From the NCBI GenBank assembly GCA_045837725.1, contig JBEWZL010000236.1:62001-126000 (forward strand): DNA of 64,000 nt, given 5' to 3'. Origin of the DNA: Vermamoeba vermiformis (lineage: Eukaryota). Shown here in pieces: positions 43,132-56,117 of the stretch (position 1 is its first letter; each line of letters starts with the position of its first letter). A model generated the notes under the pieces. That model made no database searches and was not told the DNA's origin. It saw only the letters and a program-made list of their open reading frames with translations. Made by a program: the position numbers and the translations under genes.

Positions 43132-46100
43132 TTATCGTCGTTTGGGCTTCGTCTTGGCACCTTTCTTGGCACCCTTGACGATGTTTTCAAACTGTTGATG
43201 CGCGACATGACGACGTCTGTGGAGTAATTAGCGAGGGTGATAGCTATAGCACGAGTAGTAATGACGGTTGTATACGCACCTCTTATTTAAGAACTTGGGA
43301 TCAAATTTGATGTAAGCATACGGATCCGGTCTGCCAGCCTTCTTCATATCACCAGCAGCGTACTTCGAAGCATAGAGATCACCGGCCTGTCCCGCATTCA
43401 ACTTCTGCTTCTTGTTCGCGGGGCCCTTTTTCATCTTCGTCTGCGCTGGATCTGCTTCTTCATCGTCATCGTCATCACCGCGCTTTCGTTTCTTATTACT
43501 GTTGTTGTTGTTGTTAGCGCTCTTCTTCTCATCCTCCTCGTCCTCGTCATCATCCTCCTCTTTGATGATCATACGACCGTCTTCAGTCATCTCAAAGCCA
43601 CTCTGCTTCTCGCGTCGTCCACTGAACCTGTGCGGATTGGTCGCTGCGCGGTGGTGAGTACTGCTGCTAGTGCAAACACTACCTGTGGTACTTACAGACA
43701 ATGTACTGATTGGCATTGGGGTCCAAGAAGTCAATCACGCGCTCCTCGTCCAGCATCTCCTCGTCCTCGTCCTCCTCGCCCAGTGCAGCGCGGTGTCGAG
43801 CAGCAGCAGGGGTGTGCTGGCCCTCCAAGATCCACATCTGCTTCTCACCCTGCGCACCGGACTTGTGCTGCGACTGCTGCTCTTTGTAGCGCTTGCGTCG
43901 CTCCAAGGTCTCTTTCAACTGACTCGCGTACTGATTCACGCGCTTGACCGCAGCACTGCTCGGCTCGCTCTTGAGCAGCTTCTTGGCAATGTCTTCTTCG
44001 TCCTCCTCGCTGCGTCGAGGCTCGGGTTCGCTCTCGATCATCGCTGCATCTTGTTCAGCTGCGCGCTGTTCTTTGACGCGCTTCTGATACTCCTCTTGCT
44101 TCTGCTTCTTCTTCTTGTCCAAGCGACCCAGTGTCTTGCGGATGTTGACGATCAGCTTGCGGTGTTTGCGCGGCACCAGCGGTTCAATGGTCTCGTAACC
44201 AAATTTGGTAATGAGGCGTTCAAGAATGATCTTGATCTTCAATCGGAAGTGTTCGCGATTGTCCTTGGTCATGCCCGTGAATATGGTCTTGATCAAGTAC
44301 TCGAGATGGGGTCGCAGCAGGGTAGTGTCGGCAATGGACTTGGTGCTGAGGGTCTTGATCACCTCCAGCGCACTCGCCACCACTTCCTTATAAGGCGATT
44401 CGAGCACGGAGATGACCATCTTGGGCACGGTGGTGATCTGTTGTGCGAAGGGCGTGGAGTTGTCGGTCATGCTGTCGCTCTCGTCCAAAAATAGCAACAG
44501 CTCGCTGTCGTGCCTGTGCTGACGATAGAGATTGATGATGTACTTGAACAGAATTCTGAACGCACTCAGCGCCGCACTGATCATCATCGCGTGTCTGCCC
44601 GCGAGCAGGGCAATCAGGTGCTTCATGAACAGTGCCACGTGATTGCTGCTCGTGTGCGTCATGGTGTGCTGCGTGTCGTGCAGTGCAATCATCTTCACGA
44701 ACATGACGTCGAAGATCTTCTCCGCGGCAGTGCGCACTTTGACACTGGTCTCTTTCAGGGCCAGGGTCACCTCGGGCATCAGATTGCCTAATTTGGCAGC
44801 ACTCTTGTCGGGGTTGTTGTTGAGCAAGAACTCCAATGCGGGGGGTGCAGCATTGAGGTGCGTGATCACGTGCAGCACGGTGCGCAGTCGCATGGCCTTG
44901 CTGCTCGGCGAACTGCTGGCCAGTGTGCTGATCAGTGCACGGTGCACCGTCCACATCTGACTCGTCACCCACGCACTGTGGTGTTCGCACAGGGTCATCA
45001 GTGCCTTGAAGGCCTTCTTCTCGATGCCGTGCTGCTTGCTGTGCAGCAGTGGCTCGATGGACTTGTACACGACACTCAGATCTGACTCGCCTTGCAGATA
45101 GGCGATGAAGGGAATCAGCAGCTCAATCAGAGACTGCACTTCAGCGTGGTCTGTAGTGTCTGCGCTCTTAGAAGTAGCAGTTAAGAACTTGGTCATCACT
45201 GACTTGAAGATCTGCAACACGAGCGGCTGATCTGCGATCTGAAGCCAAGCAGCGATGGACTGAATGATCTGATTGCGCAGTGAACTCATGGCTTGCGAAG
45301 TAGTGTCTGCAACGAAGCTGTTGAATAGTGTTGAGAGCACTTGTGCACTGTGCGGGGCCAGTACGCGAGTCAGATCCCGCGACTCATCACGATGAGCTCG
45401 GTGCGCGAGAATAGTGAGGCACTGCACTACGGAGGGGCGAATGTCCACTCTGCGCACCTGCTTCTCCCCCAAGGTCTCGAGCAACACGCTGGACAGTTGC
45501 GGGAATGCAGCGACCACATCGCGCGACTCGAGTGCAAAGCTCGGCAACAGTGCCCAGCTCTGTTTGTACAGCTGCAGCAGGGTCTGTTGTTGCGCGGGCT
45601 GAGCGGCGAGGGCGGCAGTGTAGAGCAGCGCAGTCTGTTTGACGAACACGTTGTGGTAGTACACGAGCGAGGCCCCAGCAGTCACGCGACGTCGCAGGAT
45701 GGGCAACAGCCAGCAGTGGCGCGGAGTGTGCGTGGGGGGCAGTGCGAATTGAATGGCCGTCAAGTAGCGCGCAATGCCCAGCAGCGAGATGAGGGGTGTG
45801 AGCAGCTGTTCAATCTCCTCGTCGAGCTCGTCCTGTTCGCGACGACTCATGCGTTGTGCGCGACCGAGGGGCTGATCACGCGACAGTGCCATGGTCACGT
45901 GATCGTCGTCCTGTGCAGTCTCCTTGGCGTGCAGACTGTGCAGATTGATGACTTGCGTGCAGAGGTCGCGCAGCAGATAGAAGTAGCCCTCTTGTTGCGC
46001 AGCGAGGCTCTTGTCGTCCGTGCACGCGAGGTGCATGAGGTCTGCGAGGGCGCGCGTGAGGGTGTGCAGCAGCGCGATGATCTTGCCCCAGGCCTGTTGG

Positions 46101-47626
46101 TAGATCACTTTGAGCGAGGTCTGCAGTGACTGCACCATCTTGTCGAGCGCGGTGGTGAAGGACTCGCCGCACAGCCAGCTCTCAATCTCATCACGCGGCT
46201 GCTGCTTCATCGATGCACAGCCCTGGTAGATGACACTTTGCAGCGAGAGGGTGGCCACGCGATGCAAATCAACAGTGTCAGTCTGCAAATAGGTGAGGGT
46301 GGTGGCGAGCAAGCGCGGCAGTTTGTTGGTCCAGAGCTCGCGATCGGTGAGACACAGTGCTGCGAGGGGTGAGTGCGCGCACAGGACACGTGTGGGACTG
46401 ACTAGCACTTACCTTGATAGGCACTGCCCAGCACTTGGACGTAGTGCAGCGAGAGTTCAATGTCGTTCTTGTTGGGCTGCAGTTCGTAGAGGGCATTGAT
46501 GAACTGCACCACCAGGGGCTGCGGTTGCGTCAGTTGCGCGCAATAGGCAGCGAGTTGATCGAAGGCTGCCACACTCAGCTCGGGGTCTGCGCGCTGCGTC
46601 ATCTTGAGCAGCACATCGCTCAACTTCTTCACGCCACTCTCACTCACCAGTGGCAAGATGCCACCAATCAGCTCACTCGCGCGCACCAGTGTCGCGTGAT
46701 TGTGTTGCGCGGAGATGTGCACGAGATGTGACACGAGGGGCTTGCTGACTGCTTCGCGCCACTGCTCTGCTGTCACGTGCGCATCGAGGGGTCCTTCGAG
46801 AAATGATTGCAATGTCTTGTTGATCTTGTTGCGCATCTGTCACGTGATTGCTGTCAGTGTCTGGCACGTGATTGGTTAGAAGCACACTTACCGACTGATC
46901 GTCTTCGAGTGCACGTGACACCAAGAGGCGAATCATCTGCGCCATGGTGTTCTGTGACCACGTGCCAGTGCTCTGTGCGCGCGCGATGCGAATCAGATTC
47001 TTGAGCACGTGCTGATACACCGCGTGCACTGGTCGCTTGTCAATCAGCGCCATGCACAGGGTCACGCTGTGTTCGAATACGGTGCTCTGACGCAGTGTGG
47101 CAGCACTCAGTTGCATGCATATAATGTGCAGCAGTTTGAAGCCTGCCTCTACGCGGCGCATTTCATTCTCGTACTGGATGCGCTGTGCTGCACCGCGCGA
47201 CTTGTGCGCCTGCATGTCTTGGTGCGTGAACTTGTGCGCACGACGCTGCGCTTTAGAACGACGATCGCGTGGAGCACGAGGCATATCGTCATCGTCTTGT
47301 AGCTCGTCATCGTCTTCCTCATCTGAAGAGCTCGATGCAGATTCTTGTTCGGCGTTGGAGCTCAACGTAGCCACTTGTTGCTGCAATACTGACACTAGTG
47401 ATCCATATAATACAGCCAATGTGACGCCACTCTGTTGCGAGCCCACGACTTCACTCAACGCGTCCCAGATGGCACCGAGTTGCGTGTCGTTGAGTCGTTC
47501 GTACTTGATCTTGCGCTCTAGTGCCTGCCACTTGCTCTCTTCATCGAGGGGTGTGGCGGTGTTCTGCGCAGAGTTGAGAACGTCATTCTCTAACGTCTGT
47601 TTCATAGCGGAGAGACCTCGATCCAT
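43132..47626 (-). CDS. RRP12: Ribosome biogenesis HEAT protein RRP12
   Basis: WLLPILR, IEKKAFKAL, MPEVTLALKE, HFRLKIKIILERLITKFG, LIVNIRK, IDFLDP, GDMKKAGRPDPYAY. Confidence 0.92.
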
Positions 47627-48101
47627 TCTTCAGCTCTGATCGTGTCAGTGAGATGCGAGAAAAAAATCATTTTTGAGGCAAAATATAACAATTAAGGTGC
47701 AACAACTATATATAGAAAATTGATTGGGTTCATAAAGTGAAGTGAAGTTTGATCTTGGATCGGATCCAGATCACGATCAGTTATAAATTACTATTAATTA
47801 GCATTGTAAATACAATATTCTTAATAACGATTGTTTGTTGCGATTGTGGATGCAGATTCATTGTTGAAATAAACCACGATGCATCCGAGGGCGATCGGAT
47901 CTTACCTGTTAGCAACCGATTGTTATCTTGATGTTCGTTTAGTGCGTTAAATAGCAAATATATGATGAGTTCCAATATAGAGCTGTGGGGACTGGTTGCG
48001 AGGCCTGAGCAGAAATGAAATTGTCATTTTGGATGCAACCAACACCGTCGTCAACACGAGGCTGAACGAGGTGCTATACTCCATTGCGTTCTATTAATAC
48101 C

Positions 48102-49914
48102 ATGTGCGGCATTGGTGCGTTAATACGAGCCATTAACGCCGCTGAGTGCACGGTAAGCCTTCAGCTCTCAACAGAGAAATAACTGCGAAAATAATAATTC
48201 GAATAAAAACACCATTGAATTAATTGTCCTGCTAGATACCGCGCGAAGAGTGGCGCTCTGTGCTGCGACGTCGTGGTCCTGACAGCTGTCAAGAGCAGCA
48301 CTTCACCACCGAGCACGTGGCGCTCGATCTGTTCGGCACTGTACTGTCCATGCGCGGGGCACTGACTGCGCAGCCAATCACCGATCAGCACGGCAATTGC
48401 CTAATTTGGAATGGCGAGTTGTTTGGACTGCGCGACGCGACGACAGATGTGAGTGACCCCGCGGTGCACGACACGCAGCTCGTACTGGATTGGTTGGCCG
48501 TCACGTGCGATGCCGATCACGTGATGCGCGTACTGGCACGCATTGAGGGCCCCTACGCACTCATCTACTATCAGCGGGCCACTCAGCGCATCTACTTTGC
48601 GCGCGATCCGCTCGGTCGTCGCAGTCTGCTGCTGAGTGCGGGCACCACTCACCAGGGCACTGATCACGTGCCTGACGCGAGTGAGGAGGGCGAGGGAGAT
48701 ATTCCGCCTCCTCTGATCGATCGACTTGCCACCACCGAACTCAGCACAGTGATGCTGTCATCTGTCAAGTTTGGTGACAGGTAGTGGCACTTGTATCTGC
48801 GCGCTATCTCGTGGCACTAATAATAGCCTTATTTAGTCAATGGATCGATGTCGACACACGTGGCGTGTACTGTCTCGCGCTCGATCACGTGCTGCAGCTG
48901 TCACTCACGCCCTGGTCGAGTGCTGTCAAGTCCTGGGAACGAGACCAGAGTTTGAATCAGTCACGTGATAATCCGCAACAAGAATTGTTCCGCTTGCTGT
49001 CCGATGCAGTGCGGCGTCGAGTCCGTGTGCCAGCAGTGCCACGTGACACCGCGCCAGTGCTCGTGCTGTTCAGCGGAGGATTAGACAGCACTGTCCTCGC
49101 TGCCCTGGTAGATTTGCATCTGCCACCGCACTGTCCGATCGATCTCGTCAATGTAGCATTCCCTGCAACGCCACGTGCCACCAAAGGTCCACCAGGGCAA
49201 CAATCGTTTGACACTGCGCCCGATCGGCTCGCTGCTGTCACATCGCTCGGAGATCTCCGCGCTATATCTCCACAGCGAGAGTGGCGCCTAATCTTTGCGG
49301 ATATTTCAGCCGAAGAATTGCAACAATTTCGCGAGCACGTGATACAACTCATGTACCCAGCACACACTGTCATGGACTTGAGTATTGCAGCCAGTCTGTG
49401 GTTTGCAGCACGTGGTCAGGGCTATATTTATCGTGCGGAACAACCCTCCGATCGATCGGCAGTGTACTGCAGCACAGCGCGCATTGTGCTGTCGGGACTC
49501 GGGGCCGATGAATGTCTCGGCGGCTACTCCAGACACCGCGCTGCTGCCCTGCGCAGTGAACTCGATCTGACGCGCGAACTGGAGCGTGATGTCACGCGAC
49601 TGTGGTACCGCAACTGTGGCCGCGATGATCGCTTGGTGAGTGACCACGGTCGTGAACTGCGCATTCCTTTTTTGGATGAACGAGTGATGAGCTACTTGAC
49701 CTCACTGCCAGTGAATGAGCGCATGAATATGAGTGAGGGGGCAGGTGTGGGGGACAAGAAGCTGTTGCGACAACTGGCCCTCTCGCTGGGCCTCAAACAC
49801 GCTGCACAACTGGCCAAGCGTGCGATACAGTTTGGCTCCAATATTGCGCGGCTGAATAAGGAGCAAAAGGGAACCAGTAAGAGAACCATCAAAGGTGATG
49901 ACAAGATTCAGTAA
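48102..49914 (+). CDS. ASNSD1: Asparagine synthetase domain-containing protein 1
   Basis: MCGI, RRGPD, WNGE, FARDPLGRRSLL, VLFSGGLDS, IDLVNVAF, PDR, GLGADE..GGYSRH, RN.GRDDR, R.PFLDE, KRAIQFGS. Confidence 0.95.
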
Positions 49915-50179
49915 AATGTAAATAAAATGCTGTATTTTTACTCTTTGGGCTTTATTTCTTTAGTCCTTGGTGTCAATTGATGTTGGCATTACCACTATTC
50001 CTGATGAATTATTTTACTCAAGCGTCTCCAGTGCACTGAGGAACCCTGATGCAATTGTGAGTGTACAGCTGAAAAAGGAACAAAGATTATGATATATGAA
50101 AAAGGACCAGAACGAGCGAATACCCAAAGTTGCTACCCTGGCAAATGAAGAAAAACGACCCGAAGCAAGGGCAAAGGAG

Positions 50180-50252
50180 GGCGGACGTCCCGTCCGCCAA
50201 AAATTTTTCGTCCGTCCGTGGACATTGCGTCCGTCCGGGGTCGCTGCGTCCG
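50180..50252. repeat. CGTCCG repeat cluster with hairpin (possible subterminal repeats)
   Basis: Perfect 8-bp inverted repeat GGCGGACG-tcc-CGTCCGCC, then an AAAAATTTTT palindrome, CGTCCGTCCG twice and CGTCCG. Confidence 0.7.
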
Positions 50253-50534
50253 CTGAAGTTAGTAATTGACCAACGTATACCAAACTTTGCCATTATCACC
50301 AGCGTACCTAAGAAGGACTACTATTGGCATCAGGAGGCTTTGGGCTAGCTGCTGGAGGCTGAAAATGGCAATGTTCTGCAAAGAACTTAAGTACTAGAAC
50401 TTTGTTCTATATGCTGCAAAACCATTTAAACTTTGGAAATACTGTAAACTCTCAAATAAAGGAACAAAGCCCCAATCAATTTTTAGAGCAAACAAAAGTA
50501 GAAAAAGAAAACGGTAGTGATGAATAAGAATAAC

Positions 50535-51095
50535 ACCCAGCCGCCCCCCCCCCCGCGCGGCCGGCGGGGGCCGGCCCCTGCCCGCCCGCCCCCCCCCCGC
50601 GAGCGGCGGGGGGCCCGCCCCGCCGCCGGGGCCCGCGTCCGCCCCGGCGCAGACCGCCCCCGCCCTGGGCCGGCCACCCGGGGGCGCCCCCCACAAACCC
50701 AAGGAGGGGCCCCTTTAATACCACAAACCCAAAAAATCAAAACTCCAAACCAACAAAACTTACTATATAAAAAGCCGCACAATAAGACCAGACTCCACGC
50801 CAAAAAAAGACCAAAGTCCCGCCCACCTGAAACCCCCCCCCCCCCCCCAAAAAACCGCCTCCCAAAAAAACCATCCCCTAAAACTACAACCCCCCCCATC
50901 CCCAAATTAATCTCACCCCCCCCCCCAGCCCCAACCCCCCCCACCCAACAAACCCACCCCCAAAACACCCCCTTCTCCACCCACCCCCCACTAACCCCAA
51001 CTCCACTCTAAACCCACTTACCTTCAAGCCCCAACCCCCCCCCCACCCTCTACACACTCGCCAGGGCCCCCCCCCCCCAAAACAAATCTTCTCCC
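50535..51095. other. C/A-homopolymer low-complexity tract, probably low-quality sequence
   Basis: Irregular poly-C and poly-A runs with T strongly depleted, unlike the rest of the window. A similar purine-rich tract lies at ~51685-51820. Confidence 0.7.
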
Positions 51096-51108
51096 CAAAG
51101 AAACAACT

Positions 51109-51489
51109 ATGATTCCTGGACACACCCACGAAGATATTGACCAATTGTTTCAAGCCATTCACACCTATTTAACAAAAAACAAAGCCCTCACATTTGAGCA
51201 ACTTATTGAATGTGTCAAAGCTGCTTATACAAACCCACCAGCCACAATTATTTTTCAAAGAGTCTTGGCATGGAAACAGTGGTTCTCTTCATTCACCAAT
51301 CCCATCAAAGGACACAAGAAATTGCATTGTTTTCACATCAAAAGACCAACAGAAACCCAGATCAAAACAAACAAAATGTCTAATTTGCCAAGATTATTTG
51401 TTAAACAGTACTCAACTGAGAAGATGGGATGGAGGAGTTCAAGGATTAGGATATGTTTTTTAATGCCCCACCAGTTGGTCAACCACTAA
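51109..51489 (+). pseudogene. Transposase catalytic-domain fragment (GHTHEDIDQ motif)
   Basis: MIPGHTHEDIDQLF..L....A.T..QL....WKQW...IKGH..LHCFHI. The frame appears to break near 51420-51490. Confidence 0.6.
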
Positions 51490-52408
51490 AAAATCTCCTA
51501 ATTATCACAAATTGCCAACAATGGTTTGAAAAATTTATTTCGTCTGGACGACAAGCAGAAGCATCATGGCCAGTGTCAACTCAAATGGAAAAATCTGTCC
51601 AACCCAACTGTTGCCATAATTTTATATTCAAGAGGACATTCAATATTAAGATCGAAAACACTCCAAAAAAATCAGAAATTTAATTGAAGAAAAGAAAAGA
51701 GGAAAGAAAGAGGGAGGGAGAGGGAGAAAGAAAGGGGGGCAGGCGGAGAAAATATGAGGAATAATTAGGAGGGAAAGAAGAGAGGACAAGAGAAGGTCCC
51801 AAAAAACTAAAAAAAAATCCGATTTTTTTTCCCCGAGCCACTCAGCATGAGCCTGAACAAGGCTAGAGTTGGGGCGTGGTGTGAGAGAAGAAAGGCATCA
51901 GTGCTTTTAATAGAAGGAGGGGAGACGGCCGGGCCCGCAAAACTCAACTTGAGAGGTTCGTGAGGGACCCCGGCCAATCGGCCCGGCCGTCCCCCGTGAG
52001 CATTATGACCATTAGAGAGCAACAGATGTTCATAATGTTGGTCAGGGCCCCCAAACATTGACATAGCAGTATTTTCTGTGTGGGCTGTGTTCTAGATGTC
52101 CCGTTAGAATTCCTATTGGTTGATGGTGGAAAGCTTTTTGTGCATTCAGTTGACATCCAACTCAACCATCAAAAATTGTTCCAAGCTTCGTTAAAATAAG
52201 ATATGATTGATGGATTATTTTAACAACTAAAACCAAGTGTCCCTTTCTGCAGCAGTTTGCAATAAGAACAAGGATGCAAAAATCGATCAAATCACAGCAA
52301 TCAGGTACGGTTTGAGGTTTATTAAAGGGTTACAAGGGAAAGGGTAAGGCTTTTCAATCAAAATTGAGGGTGGTTATCGCAATGGTTGGGTTAATGTTGA
52401 ATGACTTG

Positions 52409-55400
52409 TTAGAATCTGTTCTTGTTGCGCTGAGTGAACACGTTGCCAGGTCGACGGTTCTGACCGCGATAGTTGGCTTGATTGCGCGGACCACGGCGCT
52501 GATCTGAGTAGCCCTGTTGACCCGATTGTTGTCCTTGGCCGGGTCCGTAATTGCGCATGCCTCTGTTGTCGCGCTCTTCTTGCTGATCGCTCTCGACCAA
52601 CACACCGGCCTTCTCGCCAAAGTGCAGTGCGAGGTACTGCAGTCTGCTGGGCTCAGCGCGGTGCAGCACGAGAATGCTGTTAGGCTGATCCCACGAGGCA
52701 TGCAACTCCTCGCTGATGATCAGCTTGCTGACAATGCTGTGCACGACATTGGTCGGCAGTTCAAACAAGGACGCGAGTTCTTTGAGCGAGATCGAGTCGT
52801 AATAGGCGCTGTACGTGAACAGATAGGTGCGCAGACCTTCTTCTTGCAACTTGCGACGCAAGAGCTCTTTGATCTCCTTGTCGTTGGGCAACAACTTCCA
52901 AATGTTGAGACCGAGCAGCAAGTCTGCAGCTGCGTGCCAGTCACCCTTGAGCAACAGCTTGCTGGCTGCAATCACGTGCTCGCGCGTGTTCTCGGGGGGA
53001 CCCATGAATACTTGACGGTCGTACCAATCAAACACGCGTCTAAAGTTCTTGCTGATCACCTTCTTCTTGGTGTCAAAGGCATTGAGGGCCATATTGGGCA
53101 CTTCTAGCAGCATGGCGCTGATCAAATGCACGGTCTCGATCAGTTCCAAGTTGATGTGCATGTGATAGGGGATCTGACGACGACGTTCTTGACGCTCTTG
53201 TTCGGGGGTCTTCTCTTGATGACTCTTGATATTGATGCCCTGAGCGAGCAGTTCTTTCATCTTGCCACCCGAGACCAGATCCGTCAAGCACTGGTGCGCA
53301 TCGAGAATGCGACCGTGACGGAAAGCAGCGAGGCCGAGCTGCGTCATGGTGCGATTGAACAAGATCTGCGTGGGGATGTCTGCGTGTTGAATCGTGTCTT
53401 GCAAGTGACTCATCAGCAACAAGTCGCGTGCAGCAAAGAAGCGATCGTGTTGCGCCATAAAGTAGATCTGCTGCAACATGGCAGTGCGCTTGAGTCGATC
53501 GTCACCCCAGCGATAGATCTTCTGACACAAGTCCTCCACCTCTTCAGTGAGGGACGAGTGCGCTGACACGCCGCTAATGTCCACAGCGACGGGCACTGCA
53601 ATCACGGTGGTGTTGCTGATGTGATTCAGCGTGCTCATCAGCGCCTTGTTCGAGGCTCCGTCGCGCGTGACCAGCACCAGCGAGGCTGCGTTGGCTGCAG
53701 GGACTTCGCTGGGCTTGGCAGCACGGCCAGTGTCGCGCTTGTAATAGAGGTGCTCCAATCTGCGCGCAGAGATGCGAGCCAATCTCTCGTAGATGGAGGG
53801 ACCAGTGGTGGGTGCGACACCAGCACTCACTTGCGACTCGTAGTACTCTTGCACGAACTTGGCGAGCTTGAGGAACTGACTCTCATCGCCCAATCGGACG
53901 CGGTAGTCGAGCGAGGAGGGATCGATGAACTGCAAGCTCTTGATCAGCTCGGCGTCCAACTTCTCGACGCTGGTGGTCAAGTGGCCCATGACTTCATTGC
54001 TGCGCACGGCTGTGCTGGCACTCAACGAGGCTGGAACACTGGTCGAGGCTGCGAGACCGACAGAGGCAGCCGAGGAGCGCAACGAGAAGTCCTCGTCCTC
54101 GTTGTCTTGCTCCCAGTTGAGCAGCGGCGCTTCTTTGAGCGTCACACTCTCACCCAACTCGTTCATGGTCGCCACGGCACGCGTCAGGTCGTTGAATGCA
54201 CTGCGCCACATGGTGACGGGCATGTGCGAGGCAGAGTTGGCGGTGGCATCGAACTGCGCGTCAATGATCGCGAACTGAATGCGCATCACTTGCGCACTGC
54301 CCACGGCCTTGTCGAGCAAGAAGGCTAGCTTCTCCACTTGCTTCAAGCGATCGTAGCTCTTCTTGCCACGCTGCGCCAAGAGTTCTTTGAGCTTGGCCTC
54401 GACCTTCTCGTAGTTCCAGACCTCTTCCTTCTTCTTCTCCTCGCCCGCTTTGTTCTTCTCGTCCTCGTCCTCGGTCTTGGCGTCAGCAGGCTTCTTGTCG
54501 TCCTTCTTCTTGTTCTTGTCTTTCTTGCCACTCTTCCACTTGTCCTCTTCAGAGTCGCTCATATCCGAGTCCTTGTTGTGCTTGTTGTTCTTCTTAGTGG
54601 TGGACACAAAATCATCGTCTGAATCTGCATCAGGATCCCAGTCATCAGAATCAGAGTCGCTTTCATCGCTGTCACTCTTAGAGCCAGGCTTCTTCAACCA
54701 CTTGCTAATGTCTTTACCACCAGCACCAATAGTAGGGCCTGCTTTACCGGGCACGGCAGCTGCCTTCTTGTCATCTGTGACAGCAACTGCTACGCCGCCC
54801 TTTGTGGCTTTCTTCTTATCGTCCTCTTTTTCATCATCGCTGTCTTGAGGGTTCTGTTGCAAATAAAATATTAAGTGTTGCTCAATTGAATAGAGATAAA
54901 GCTGATGCATGTTTTTTGTTGGATCTGGTGGTGCATCTTAGGATCGATTATTACCTTTCTGAAATCATCCATGGCCTTTTCAATATCAGGTCGTGATTTG
55001 AGCCACTTCTTTAACTTTTGTTTCATTGTATTGAGGGACTTGGCATTGATCGAGTTCATTTTTCGATCTTTGTTTTCAAAAGTCTTCTTCATAAAATCCT
55101 CAATTTGAACCATAATGCGAGTATAAAATCGAGGAACTGCTTCTTTCTTAGTAGAGGTGTTCTTGCTCAATACTTTGTTGAGCTTTTCCCACTCTAGATT
55201 CAGTTGCGAAAAAAATATTAATATTTAAATGTAATGAATATGCTTCATTAGTACCTGTATAGATCGCGTTCCAATCATTAATATTCATTTGGTTTTGGAT
55301 TTTTTTGATAATTTTCTTCATCTCATCCTCCTTCTTTTCAGAAGCCGATCTGACCGTGCGTTTTTCTTCTTCTTCATCGCTCGAGTCTAGATCGACTTGA

Positions 55401-55586
55401 TATCTGTTGGCAGGCTTAGGCTTAGGAGTCTCCTTCACCTCCTCTTCACTCTCACTCTCAGACGAGTAGAGATCTTCATCGCTCGAATCTTCTCCGGGCA
55501 CTGTTTTCCAAAATGACGACACTGTACAATAGAGACCAATTAATTATGCAACTCTTAGATTTGAGCAAGCTCGTGTGTTACTTACT
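52409..55586 (-). CDS. EIF3C: Translation initiation factor eIF3 subunit c (start codon split by an intron)
   Basis: MSSFW..SSDE, KRTVRSA, INDW, NAKSLNTMKQKLKK, RGKK, ARDLLLMSHLQ, QILFNRTMTQLGLAAF, PYHMHINLEL, GPPENTRE, PCI domain. Confidence 0.96.
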
Positions 55587-56117
55587 TTTTAACAATATTG
55601 ACAAAATAACTCGAACGCAGTGCTGGGCCTAAAACCCCCGCATTCTCAGAGAATAGAGAATCGAGCACTATAGAGCTCGTGTTTGGTGCATCATTCTTCG
55701 TTCTATCGCAGCTCTGCCCTTGTTTGTGCGAATACGAAGAACTGAACGAGAAAGACAGATCCAAGCTGGCCAGTTCTTCAGACCGAGAGCCGGGCAATAG
55801 CCAAGTACACTAATACATATTTGATTATAACGAGTATATACTTGTGTCTACTGTGTCCTGTCACGCTCGGGCTTGACGTGGATCTGACAGAATCAAATCA
55901 GAATCAGCGCATTGCTACCGATTGTACAGCACCTACCCAATGCTGCCAGTCATGGTGCATCCATATACATGCTTCTCGGTACTATAGTATCGCACCTCGG
56001 GTGATAACGCGAATCTTTTTTGTGATTATTATTGCGCTAACTACCACGCACGAGAACACAGTTCAGTCCCCTCGCGCACAATCATAATAACAGCAATTAA
56101 TACCGCATTAATAGTCA

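Larger units (their letters stand above)
50170..52200. mobile_element. Probable degenerate DNA transposon (Sola-like/DUF7869-type); boundaries approximate
   Basis: The ~2.5-kb gap between two convergent genes is far larger than other convergent gaps here. It contains a GHTHEDIDQ transposase-like ORF, CGTCCG repeats and CpG-poor sequence. Confidence 0.55.

Noticed and set aside
47640-48101. ASDURF-like prefoldin uORF upstream of ASNSD1, as in human
   Set aside because: No suitable coiled-coil ORF was found. A DATNT-containing frame at 47981-48070 has no supportable start exon.
50394-51162. Pro-rich and Gly-rich ORFs on both strands
   Set aside because: They are translations of the poly-C/poly-A low-quality tract.
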